A stretch of 50,164 nucleotides of DNA. It comes from a virus. Taxonomy: Duplodnaviria; Caudoviricetes. Positions 9,222-16,804 of this stretch are shown one piece after another. Position 1 is the first letter of the stretch. The number at the start of each line of letters is the position of its first letter. The notes under the pieces are model-generated. The model searched no databases, was not told the origin of the DNA, and worked only from the letters and a program-made list of their open reading frames with translations. Position numbers and translations under genes: made by a program. The DNA lies in the IMG/VR virus record IMGVR_UViG_3300021197_000796, positions 1 through 50,164 of that record; one strand, written 5' to 3'.

Positions 9222-9879
9222 CAGTTTCTTCTCTAGTGCGTCATTTTGTAGCAATATTATACTATACTGTGACATAAATAACACTACTATAGGTATTTTC
9301 CTTTTGTTTTTATTTCTAGGGGTCGCTTCATATGTGATTCTTGGGGTGGTACATATGAGATTCATGTAGGGTGTGGTATCTAAAGAACACATAGGGGCTT
9401 CAGCGCCGGAATGACGTAGCGTCACCCTGAAGTATTTTCTTTCTTTTGGATTCCGACTGGTGTACCCCACACCCCTAGCGAATCACCTGAGAATCCAGAG
9501 GGACCCTAATGTCAAGACCCAATGCACACCCCGCGCCATTATCTTTAGATGTGTTGCATCTGTGCACTAGTGTAGCCCCAATGCAACTAACATAAGGATT
9601 CCAATGGTTTACGCTTGACAACCAAAGAAATTCATGGGCCGAGGATAGGCGAATCGCAGCACCACAGTTAATTGTAACACGTTCCAACATTAGCCTACCC
9701 AATGCGTGCACCTGCGCACATTACCAATGCAACCCAATGATAACGTGCGCAAATGTCCAATGCCTCTCACAAGCGATATAAGCGCCAATGAAGGCCATGT
9801 AACTTGTCAGGCTAGGGCTATAGCCAAAGTGCCCCGTATAGCATCACAAATAGGCTTATAGCGGCTATGCTATCGCGGA

Positions 9880-10116
9880 TCATACTAATTCAACCCGCCA
9901 GTAACCCCGACGTTGCATGCCCTTAAACGTACTATAATCTTTCCCTTTGATAGCTGTATCAATCTTGCGGCGCATATCCATAGATTGACCAAACGAAACA
10001 CCTTGCCAATCCCACGTTTTAGACCAGCGCTGATTGACTATCACTTGCGCAATGGCCTCTTTTTCACATGTGATTGATTGATTCTTATCCATCGGCTTTA
10101 CGTTAATGTGACTCAT
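9880..10116 (-). CDS. Hypothetical early protein
   Basis: 78 aa; GGAG RBS (ggagtcttgatATG). Confidence 0.65.
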   Translation of the reverse strand: MSHINVKPMDKNQSITCEKEAIAQVIVNQRWSKTWDWQGVSFGQSMDMRRKIDTAIKGKDYSTFKGMQRRGYWRVELV

Positions 10117-10117
10117 A

Positions 10118-10285
10118 TCAAGACTCCTTCATCATACGGCAATATGACTCATGGCATTCACAGCCTAGTCGGATAAGTGTTGAGGCTTGCTTAAGTGTTA
10201 GCCCATTGTGATCCGCATAGGCTCGCATAGTCAGATAATTGTTGACATATTCCAGATAGGCTTCGCGTAGTTTATCGAATTGCAT
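10118..10285 (-). CDS. Hypothetical early protein (55 aa, MQFDKLREAYLEYVNNYLT...)
   Basis: Below the ORF-track cutoff; AAGGA RBS; fills the gap in the leftward operon. Confidence 0.6.
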   Translation of the reverse strand: MQFDKLREAYLEYVNNYLTMRAYADHNGLTLKQASTLIRLGCECHESYCRMMKES

Positions 10286-10326
10286 TGCATTAATCCTTAT
10301 TTAAACCGAAGTTTTCTGATTCCCTT

Positions 10327-10584
10327 TTATCCGTAAGGGCAATATTCCATTTTAGGGCCAGCGGGTTCTAGTCGAGTAACCGCGATACCGTCCAAACCTT
10401 TGGATACTTTGCGCTTAGGGTTAGCGCAAATGTTTACGCAAGCGTGCAATCTGGCCTCTCGTTCAAGCGTGGTGGACTCGTTCCAGAGTCTACCCCTTGT
10501 TACCCCGTTGACGTAAACCTTTTTACCGCTTGGGGTGTAGTATTCTGCGGAGAAGTAAAACAGTTGTGTTTGCCTTTTAATCAT
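10327..10584 (-). CDS. Hypothetical early protein
   Basis: 85 aa; same ggagtcttgatATG leader as 10116. Confidence 0.6.
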   Translation of the reverse strand: MIKRQTQLFYFSAEYYTPSGKKVYVNGVTRGRLWNESTTLEREARLHACVNICANPKRKVSKGLDGIAVTRLEPAGPKMEYCPYG

Positions 10585-10585
10585 A

Positions 10586-10882
10586 TCAAGACTCCATCTT
10601 GCGTTTCATCTGCTCGCCTGCGTCAATCCAAGCGTTGATAACGTCGTATGTTTCCCTAGCGGTTCCACGTGGTGACAAGTCGCGCTCACCTGTACCACCA
10701 CTAAAACAAACCATTTGGGACAAGCGGTGCCCGCCATAGGCCGAGTTAAGGACGAACGTGCCGTGATTGCCTTTGACATTGCCTTGCGAGTCGCGTGTGT
10801 AAGGTTCAAGGTCATATCCGAAAACATCGTTCAGAATATCCAAGCGCTTTTGCAGAATTGCCATAGTTATACGTTGTGTCAT
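10586..10882 (-). CDS. Hypothetical early protein
   Basis: 98 aa, AAGGA RBS. Confidence 0.65.
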   Translation of the reverse strand: MTQRITMAILQKRLDILNDVFGYDLEPYTRDSQGNVKGNHGTFVLNSAYGGHRLSQMVCFSGGTGERDLSPRGTARETYDVINAWIDAGEQMKRKMES

Positions 10883-10904
10883 GATGTAGATTCCTTTGAT
10901 TAGA

Positions 10905-11075
10905 TTAAATAGATTGCGTGTTGACGATAGCTAGCTGAAAAAACTCGCCTTTGCGTGTTGCCAGTTCTAACGCCTTTTCAGCTTGCGCGCGGCTCATTAA
11001 GGGCAAGCCATCAATCGGCATGAATTGCTCTTTGATATTGTTGCGGGCTGCTAGGGTATAAGTTGCGTTAGACAT
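10905..11075 (-). CDS. Hypothetical early protein (likely start MSNATYTL)
   Basis: AAGGAG RBS upstream of the internal ATG of the tracked ORF. Confidence 0.55.
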   Translation of the reverse strand: MSNATYTLAARNNIKEQFMPIDGLPLMSRAQAEKALELATRKGEFFQLAIVNTQSI

Positions 11076-11590
11076 TATTTCGTCTCCTTGTTTGTTAGGT
11101 ACGTTCCGCCATCCGCATTGCTTTTCATAACAAAGCGCGCGGGCATTTTCTTGCGACCCTTTTGGATAAGGCGGAAGCGGTGCTGTTGGTCCCATAGGCC
11201 CATAATATAGTCCGTTAGGTCTTGTTCGATGTTGCGTGCTTGCATGTTATAATTTCCTAATTGATTGACTCGCGTTATTGCAAGCCAATGAAAAGGGAAA
11301 GTATTAATCCGGCCCCGTGAATCAACCGTGGGCGCTAGACAGGCCCGTCAGACCCGTTCCCCCGTTCCCTATATGGGCGGCGGCATAAGGGAACACTAGC
11401 GGCAAGATTCGGGGGCCGCAAGCCCTAAAATGGTAAAATGTGAAAAACACGAAAAAAGATTCTAGGGGGCGAGTCCGGGACTCTTTCCGATTAGGCATAA
11501 GAAGGATATAGAATCGCGGGCGCGCGTTATCTCAGAACGCCATGAGTCGTCAATAGTTATTCGGTGACGCAACGTTAACTAGATGCCCTA

Positions 11591-11620
11591 TTGACAAAAC
11601 ATGATTCGCCCTGCTATGTT
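11591..11620 (+). promoter_or_regulatory. sigma70-type promoter P0 with GANTC in spacer
   Basis: TTGACA-aaaca-TGATTCG-ccctgc-TATGTT (18-bp spacer). Confidence 0.6.
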
Positions 11621-11775
11621 AGAGGTTCTGCGACTCATGTGAAATACGAATCGTTGGCGTGCAATAATAAACAGGTGAATCTGATATGGCAACCCGTTGT
11701 AACATACATCACAAAACTGTTACCTATTGTAACAATCTGAAACAAACAGCGAGTCAGGCACAGGAATCACCCGAC

Positions 11776-11863
11776 ACCCCACCGAGGGAATTAGAGACCC
11801 CCACAGGGGAATTAGAGACCCCACCGAGGGAATTAGAGCTGCACCCCCACAGGGGAATTAGAG
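11776..11863. repeat. Four 21-bp direct repeats (iteron-like), alternating A/B/A/B
   Basis: accccaccgagggaattagag / acccccacaggggaattagag at 11776, 11797, 11818, 11843. Confidence 0.9.
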
Positions 11864-11908
11864 ATTGTTTGTAGTATAACCTGTTGATAACAAAATAAAA
11901 TAAAACTG

Positions 11909-11937
11909 TTGACATCTAACCCGAATCACGTCATAAG
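11909..11937 (+). promoter_or_regulatory. sigma70-type promoter P1 with GANTC in spacer
   Basis: TTGACA-tctaacc-CGAATCA-cgt-CATAAG, AT-rich UP-like tract upstream; weak -10. Confidence 0.6.
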
Positions 11938-12042
11938 TAATTCATACAAGGAGACAACACTTGACAGACCAAGATGACCCATGCGATGACTGGTCAGACT
12001 ATAAGATCCCAGAGACCGACGACACAAGTAAGGAGAAACCAG

Positions 12043-12201
12043 ATGACTAAGAAAACATGCGACTCCTTTCTCTGCACCAACAAGTGCCCTAAGAAGTACA
12101 GATACTGCTATGACTGCGCAAAGAGAAAAGGTTTGATTGGCGGGGGTAATAACTGGGGTCTTGTTGTCCTCGTGATAATCCTTTTGCTTTGGTTCCTTTA
12201 G
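12043..12201 (+). CDS. Small Cys-rich protein with C-terminal TM helix
   Basis: AAGGAG RBS before ATG 12043; CDSFLC..C..YCYDC, hydrophobic tail. Confidence 0.6.
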   Translation: MTKKTCDSFLCTNKCPKKYRYCYDCAKRKGLIGGGNNWGLVVLVIILLLWFL

Positions 12202-12204
12202 CTC

Positions 12205-12234
12205 TTGACAACCCTGAACGAATCATGCTATAAT
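12205..12234 (+). promoter_or_regulatory. sigma70-type promoter P2 with GANTC in spacer
   Basis: TTGACA-accctgaa-CGAATCA-tgc-TATAAT: perfect consensus hexamers. Confidence 0.85.
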
Positions 12235-12261
12235 GAACGCACACTAACAAGGAGAACACTA

Positions 12262-12501
12262 ATGACTAAAACAGCAACATACTACACCGAAGACGACCTC
12301 ATCTGTGTCACCTTTGAATCAGAAGGTCGCATGAACGACTACGGTGTGTCTCGCAGCCCTGTGTGGTGGGAGCCTACAGATATCACAGTGCATACACTAG
12401 AGATCGCTGGTGAAGAGGAAAACTTCAGTGAGTTGTCTGCTACGGTACAAAAAGCTATCCTTTCTCTCGCTGACGGGTTAAACAACGACGATTGGGAATA
12501 A
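12262..12501 (+). CDS. Hypothetical early protein
   Basis: AAGGAG RBS, ATG 12262 (MTKTATYY). Confidence 0.7.
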   Translation: MTKTATYYTEDDLICVTFESEGRMNDYGVSRSPVWWEPTDITVHTLEIAGEEENFSELSATVQKAILSLADGLNNDDWE

Positions 12502-12504
12502 CAC

Positions 12505-12533
12505 TTTACAATACCTCACGAATCACCTACACT
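12505..12533 (+). promoter_or_regulatory. sigma70-type promoter P3 with GANTC in spacer
   Basis: TTTACA-atacctca-CGAATCA-cc-TACACT (17-bp spacer). Confidence 0.75.
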
Positions 12534-12567
12534 TAAGACATACCAACAAAGAACAGGAGAATAACTA

Positions 12568-12924
12568 ATGACTAACCAAGAAGCTTTTGATAAAATGATG
12601 AACCACCTGCGTAGCCTCAAGGGACGTAGTGTTAACAAAGATGGTTTTTGTGTGTACAACGGCCTTAAGTGTCCTGTTGGTGTTCTTATGACTGACGAAG
12701 AACAAGAACAGTTTGGTGATTTCAAGGGTAGTGTAGACCACCTCCTTGAGGAAATGTGGTCAAACGGACACGAATCCATGCTTCATGGTTTGAACTTTGC
12801 GTTATTAAGCTATACGCAAGCTCTTCATGATGATGGCGGGTACTGGGATGCCCGAGGTTTTGCTGCTGAAGAGTCAGCTAAAAAAATCGCTATTCAGTTT
12901 GGACTGACCTACAATAAGCCTTGA
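12568..12924 (+). CDS. Hypothetical early protein, paralog 1
   Basis: 118 aa, AGGAG RBS; tandem paralog of 12978..13334. Confidence 0.8.
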   Translation: MTNQEAFDKMMNHLRSLKGRSVNKDGFCVYNGLKCPVGVLMTDEEQEQFGDFKGSVDHLLEEMWSNGHESMLHGLNFALLSYTQALHDDGGYWDARGFAAEESAKKIAIQFGLTYNKP

Positions 12925-12949
12925 CACTGACTCACGAATCACCTATACT
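12921..12949 (+). promoter_or_regulatory. sigma70-type promoter P4 with two GANTC in spacer
   Basis: TTGACA-ctGACTCa-CGAATCA-cc-TATACT (17-bp spacer). Confidence 0.8.
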
Positions 12950-12977
12950 TAGGACATATCAACAAGGAGAATAACTA

Positions 12978-13334
12978 ATGACCAACCAAGAAGCTTTTGA
13001 TAAAATGATGAACCACCTACGTAGCCTCAAGGTACGTAGTATGAGCGAAGGTGGTTCTTGTGTGTACAACGGTTCTAAGTGTCCGGTTGGCTTTCTTATG
13101 ACTGACGAGGAACAAGAGAAGTGGGGTACATTCGAAGGTGATGTTCACGAACTTCTTGAGGACATGAGCCGCAAAGGTCACAAGTCTTTGCTTCATGATT
13201 TGGACCCCGATTTCTTAGAAAATGTGCAAATTCTTCACGATCAGCGGTGGCGATGGGATGAGAGAGGGTTTGTCGGTGAAGAGTCAGCTAAAAAAACCGC
13301 TGAACATTTCGGACTGACCTACACTAATCCTTGA
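12978..13334 (+). CDS. Hypothetical early protein, paralog 2
   Basis: 118 aa; same N-terminus MTNQEAFDKMMNHLRSLK as paralog 1. Confidence 0.8.
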   Translation: MTNQEAFDKMMNHLRSLKVRSMSEGGSCVYNGSKCPVGFLMTDEEQEKWGTFEGDVHELLEDMSRKGHKSLLHDLDPDFLENVQILHDQRWRWDERGFVGEESAKKTAEHFGLTYTNP

Positions 13335-13360
13335 CAATACCTCACGAATCGCTGTAGCAA
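13331..13360 (+). promoter_or_regulatory. sigma70-type promoter P5 with GANTC in spacer
   Basis: TTGACA-atacctca-CGAATCG-ctg-TAGCAA; weak -10. Confidence 0.65.
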
Positions 13361-13385
13361 CACTTATATTAACAAGGAGACTAAC

Positions 13386-13661
13386 ATGCTTACTAAAGAA
13401 ACAGTACAACAAGCCCTAGACACAATCAAAGGCACGATGTTCACGATTGACTTCCTAACGGTAGCTGGTGAGCCTCGTACGTACAACGGACGCCTTAACA
13501 CTAAGAAAGGTCTCAAGGACAACGAGCGTAGTGCTGTCGTACGTGCTGCATTCGAAGCTAATGGTGTTGTCCCTATTAAACTAACAGACGGAATTAGCTA
13601 CAAAGCCTTTAAGCTAGACCGTGTTGTGGCTATCCGTGGTGCAGGTCAGGAGTGGACATAA
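13386..13661 (+). CDS. Conserved phage protein, possibly SH3/WYL-like beta-barrel
   Basis: Pattern FTIDFLTVAGEPRTYNG...YKAFKLDRV; fold is a guess. Confidence 0.6.
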   Translation: MLTKETVQQALDTIKGTMFTIDFLTVAGEPRTYNGRLNTKKGLKDNERSAVVRAAFEANGVVPIKLTDGISYKAFKLDRVVAIRGAGQEWT

Positions 13662-13882
13662 TGAACATCACCATACTTAAGAGTAAGGAGATCCAAGACC
13701 CGTTGCCTGACCGTATACATATTCAAAATGCACACCTAGCAGCTACAAAGGAAGATTGGGGTTATACTATTATCAAAGACAGGATTAACGATAAGGTAGG
13801 TGTACATATGACACATCAAGAGTTTTGGACTTATGTGTCGGACTTGGAGAAAGAACGAGTATATAACACGCGATATCAATAG
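13661..13882 (+). CDS. Hypothetical protein
   Basis: TAATG coupling with the upstream gene. Confidence 0.6.
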   Translation: MNITILKSKEIQDPLPDRIHIQNAHLAATKEDWGYTIIKDRINDKVGVHMTHQEFWTYVSDLEKERVYNTRYQ

Positions 13883-13902
13883 AAACTAAGAAGGAATAAC
13901 TT

Positions 13903-14301
13903 ATGACACCCCTGATGTGCATGGCAGTAGCGGTATTCTTTGAAGCCAGAGGAGAACCTATGGTCGGCAAGGAGGCAGTAGCTAACGTAATCATCAACCG
14001 AGTGGAAGACAAACGTTACCCTAACTCAGTTTGTGCAGTGGTGAACGAACATAAAGCCTTCAGCTACACTCACGATGGCCTCTCAGACGACCCTACGCGC
14101 CACACAGGGCATCAGGACAAGATTGCATGGGTAGAGTCTCAAGAGGTAGCTAAGGACGCTCTTAGTGGTGATCTGTTAGGTATCACCAGTACGCACTACC
14201 ACACAACAAATGTCTTGCCTTTCTGGGCTAAGCACTATAGTTTTGACGCAAGGATCGGGGAGAATCACCTGTTCTACACTAACGAAACACCTTATAAATA
14301 G
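13903..14301 (+). CDS. Cell wall hydrolase (SleB/Hydrolase_2 family)
   Basis: CMAVAVFFEARGE...VANVIINRV...YPNSVCAVV...FS, THYH, HLFY motifs. Confidence 0.9.
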   Translation: MTPLMCMAVAVFFEARGEPMVGKEAVANVIINRVEDKRYPNSVCAVVNEHKAFSYTHDGLSDDPTRHTGHQDKIAWVESQEVAKDALSGDLLGITSTHYHTTNVLPFWAKHYSFDARIGENHLFYTNETPYK

Positions 14302-14310
14302 GATACACAC

Positions 14311-14472
14311 ATGACATTCGAACTAGAGCAACAACTCCGAGAACTAGGCATCATGCCAGCAGATACATTCACAGAACTAGCAGCGCCCGTACAGGACTAC
14401 CGTGAGAAGTTCTTAGCTAAAGGTTACTACAACGATCCACGCGACCCCTTGACTGGTGAAGTACCTTTCTAA
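14311..14472 (+). CDS. Hypothetical protein (53 aa, MTFELEQQLRELG...GEVPF)
   Basis: Below the track cutoff; AGGA RBS; acidic-PF C-terminus. Confidence 0.6.
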   Translation: MTFELEQQLRELGIMPADTFTELAAPVQDYREKFLAKGYYNDPRDPLTGEVPF

Positions 14473-14498
14473 TAACATAAGAAACTGGAGAATAACAC

Positions 14499-14735
14499 AT
14501 GAATATCTACTATATGGGTGAGAATATCACAAAGAGCCGTTTCCCTATCAAGGTCTGGAACGAGCAAGTCAAACGTGACGTAGGGGCTACGAAATGTCCA
14601 GCAGAGGAATACCAACCTCACTCAGAGCGTTGGGGTGAGCCAGAGCCTGATGGTGTAGGTCCAGATGCAGGGTTGCGTTGGGTGAACAACACAGACGACA
14701 CACGAGTAGACACATTCCCAAAGGAAGACAAATAA
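14499..14735 (+). CDS. Hypothetical protein
   Basis: 78 aa, GGAG RBS. Confidence 0.6.
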   Translation: MNIYYMGENITKSRFPIKVWNEQVKRDVGATKCPAEEYQPHSERWGEPEPDGVGPDAGLRWVNNTDDTRVDTFPKEDK

Positions 14736-14736
14736 C

Positions 14737-15324
14737 ATGACACCTGAGTTCATCACTACACTATCCAAGAAGAGTGCCTTTAAGTATCGCAACTCAAGCC
14801 ACCACGACGATTTGGTATCCGAAGGGATCATGGCTGCATACGAGGAGCTAACAGAGAACCCTGAGACGACAGAGCAGCGTATGTATCAGGTTATCAACTG
14901 GGCGCAGTGGAAGTTTCTTAATGTAGATCGACTGCCTGTCACGATCCCTTTTCAGCTTGTAAGGGTAGCCAAAGGTTTCGGTGATCCTGATGACAAGCAG
15001 GGTTTCTCAGATGAAACTATTGCTTGGGCAAAGGTTATTTTATCTCAAGGTCAGATGAAATCTGAACACCACGATGTAGATCAAGAGTCAGATCAAGCCC
15101 AAGAGTATTCTGATGCAGACCTTTTGGACAGCATCTGGGAATCTGCTAAAGAGTGTCTTACAGAAGAGGATTACGGTTTGTTTCACTCTCACTTTGAAGT
15201 GGGACTAGATCAAAAGTCTTTAGGGGGTATGCTTGAGGTATCGCAACAGTCTGTCAGTCTCCGACTACTTAAAATAAACGAAAAGGTCCGAAAGCACGTT
15301 GTGAACAAAAAATGGGAGTTGTAA
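14737..15324 (+). CDS. Phage-encoded sigma70-like factor (region 2-like and region 4 HTH)
   Basis: DDLVSEGIMAAYE resembles sigma region 2.2; C-terminal LTEED...LDQKSLGGMLEVSQQSVSLRL resembles the region 4 HTH. Confidence 0.7.
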   Translation: MTPEFITTLSKKSAFKYRNSSHHDDLVSEGIMAAYEELTENPETTEQRMYQVINWAQWKFLNVDRLPVTIPFQLVRVAKGFGDPDDKQGFSDETIAWAKVILSQGQMKSEHHDVDQESDQAQEYSDADLLDSIWESAKECLTEEDYGLFHSHFEVGLDQKSLGGMLEVSQQSVSLRLLKINEKVRKHVVNKKWEL

Positions 15325-15334
15325 CATTACGTGA

Positions 15335-15399
15335 CTTGTGGAATCTGGAACCCATAACTACATATAGGTAAGAGACACTTAAGGTATACATAAGAATCA
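15335..15399 (+). promoter_or_regulatory. 65-bp element, copy A (candidate phage-factor-dependent middle promoter)
   Basis: cttgtggaatctggaacccataactacatataggtaagagacacttaaggtatacataagaatca; 57/65 identical to 9221..9157. Confidence 0.65.
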
Positions 15400-15483
15400 A
15401 CACAAGTTCTTTTAGTACATAATCATCATGGTTATAAATACTAAAGAATAACATAAGTAATACATAAGAAAGGAAGGAAGAGG

Positions 15484-16335
15484 ATGCTTTACGAGTATCA
15501 TGAAATCTGTCTGTGGCTACCACACAAGCCTGAGACGGTAGAAGACATCGCTGCTGACATCAAGGATAATGGTTTCAGACCTGATCGGGCTATTGTAACC
15601 TATGAGGGTAAGATTCTAGATGGTCGTCACCGTTATGAGGCTGCACTAGAAGCAGGTGTTGACCCTGTGTTCACGGAGTTCAGTGGCGATAAGCGAGAGG
15701 CTATCAACTATGTTACCTCTGAGAATGTCGCACGGCGGCACTTGAACAACAAAGAGAAGGAGTATTTCTACATTAAATCTGCCGCGTTTTTTGGTGTACA
15801 GTCACGCGGTGGAGAGAGGGGTAATCAGTACCAAAGTGGCAATCCACAAAATTGTGGAAAGGCTCTACCCCAAGGAGAACATGCAAAGGCTTTAGGAGTC
15901 CACGTAAACACCATAACAAGCTGGGAGAAAGACCGTAAGGAGATCGTGGCTGACGAAGAACTGGCAGAAAAGGCGAAGACCCCTGAAGGTTATCAAGAGG
16001 CTAAGAAGACCGTAAAAGAACGCAGGGTGAGCAAGCAGCAACAAACAAGAGAGGCTATTGCTAATACTGTCGCACCTAACGTGATTGACCTACACGCTAT
16101 CGCTAAGGACAAGAGTTCTGTAGACATTCGTAACATTGCTCCAGCTTTCGTTGGTCAGATGGAGATGCTTTGTACGAAGTTCGATGAGCTAGACATCAAG
16201 ATGGAAATCGCAGCTTTTATGCACCCAGACCCTCTTGGACTAAAGGTAAAAGCCTTACATGAGATGGCAAATATTCTAGACGACCTACGAGCAGACTTTC
16301 CTGTTGAAACGCAGGATCACCAGAAACTAAACTAA
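15484..16335 (+). CDS. ParB/Srx N-terminal domain protein with HTH
   Basis: DIKDNG...GKILDGRHRYEA ParB box, SENVARRHL, HTH HAKALGVHVNTITSW. Confidence 0.8.
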   Translation: MLYEYHEICLWLPHKPETVEDIAADIKDNGFRPDRAIVTYEGKILDGRHRYEAALEAGVDPVFTEFSGDKREAINYVTSENVARRHLNNKEKEYFYIKSAAFFGVQSRGGERGNQYQSGNPQNCGKALPQGEHAKALGVHVNTITSWEKDRKEIVADEELAEKAKTPEGYQEAKKTVKERRVSKQQQTREAIANTVAPNVIDLHAIAKDKSSVDIRNIAPAFVGQMEMLCTKFDELDIKMEIAAFMHPDPLGLKVKALHEMANILDDLRADFPVETQDHQKLN

Positions 16336-16349
16336 TAAGGAACCCGACA

Positions 16350-16781
16350 ATGCAAGATCAACAAACATTCTTTAATTTCGCAGTAGAGAAAATGGACGAA
16401 CATTCTGTTTTCAAGTTCTACGGGGATAAGAAAACACCCCACGATGCTGTAGAGGCAGGTGCTAAGACCCTAAGCAGTATCAAAGCTACTCAACTTCGAG
16501 GACAAGCCTTTTCTAGTAAGGATACACTACAAGAGCTTAACTCCCCAACCTTCTGTAGTGCGGTAGATGGTTACGTACCTTTCTGGTGGGCGGTTAAGAA
16601 CTACCCCAAGGAAACTTTCGAGGCTTGGGAGAAACGCGCTGACATGGCTGCTGCCCTACAAAAGAAGCAGTTTGTGTTTATGACAACCGCTCAGCTTTAT
16701 CTTGGTGGTGTTAGTGACCCAAACCAAGAGAGTCTTCTCCCAGAGGACTACTACACTGAAGAGCTGTCAACTAAAGGTTAA
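16350..16781 (+). CDS. Hypothetical protein
   Basis: 143 aa, AAGGA RBS. Confidence 0.7.
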   Translation: MQDQQTFFNFAVEKMDEHSVFKFYGDKKTPHDAVEAGAKTLSSIKATQLRGQAFSSKDTLQELNSPTFCSAVDGYVPFWWAVKNYPKETFEAWEKRADMAAALQKKQFVFMTTAQLYLGGVSDPNQESLLPEDYYTEELSTKG

Positions 16782-16804
16782 TTAGGCCAAGGAGGGCCAC
16801 AAGT

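Noticed and set aside
8626-9711. ORFs 8626..8997, 9213..9470 and 9475..9711
   Set aside because: No convincing RBS, atypical composition, overlap regulatory elements; probably non-coding.
11686-11874. CRISPR mini-array or 62-aa ORF over the 21-bp repeats
   Set aside because: Repeats are contiguous with no unique spacers and no cas genes; the ORF is likely a by-product of the 21-bp period.
15484-16781. Plasmid-prophage partition system or lysogeny module
   Set aside because: No ParA Walker-type ATPase, integrase or repressor recognised; only a ParB-like domain.
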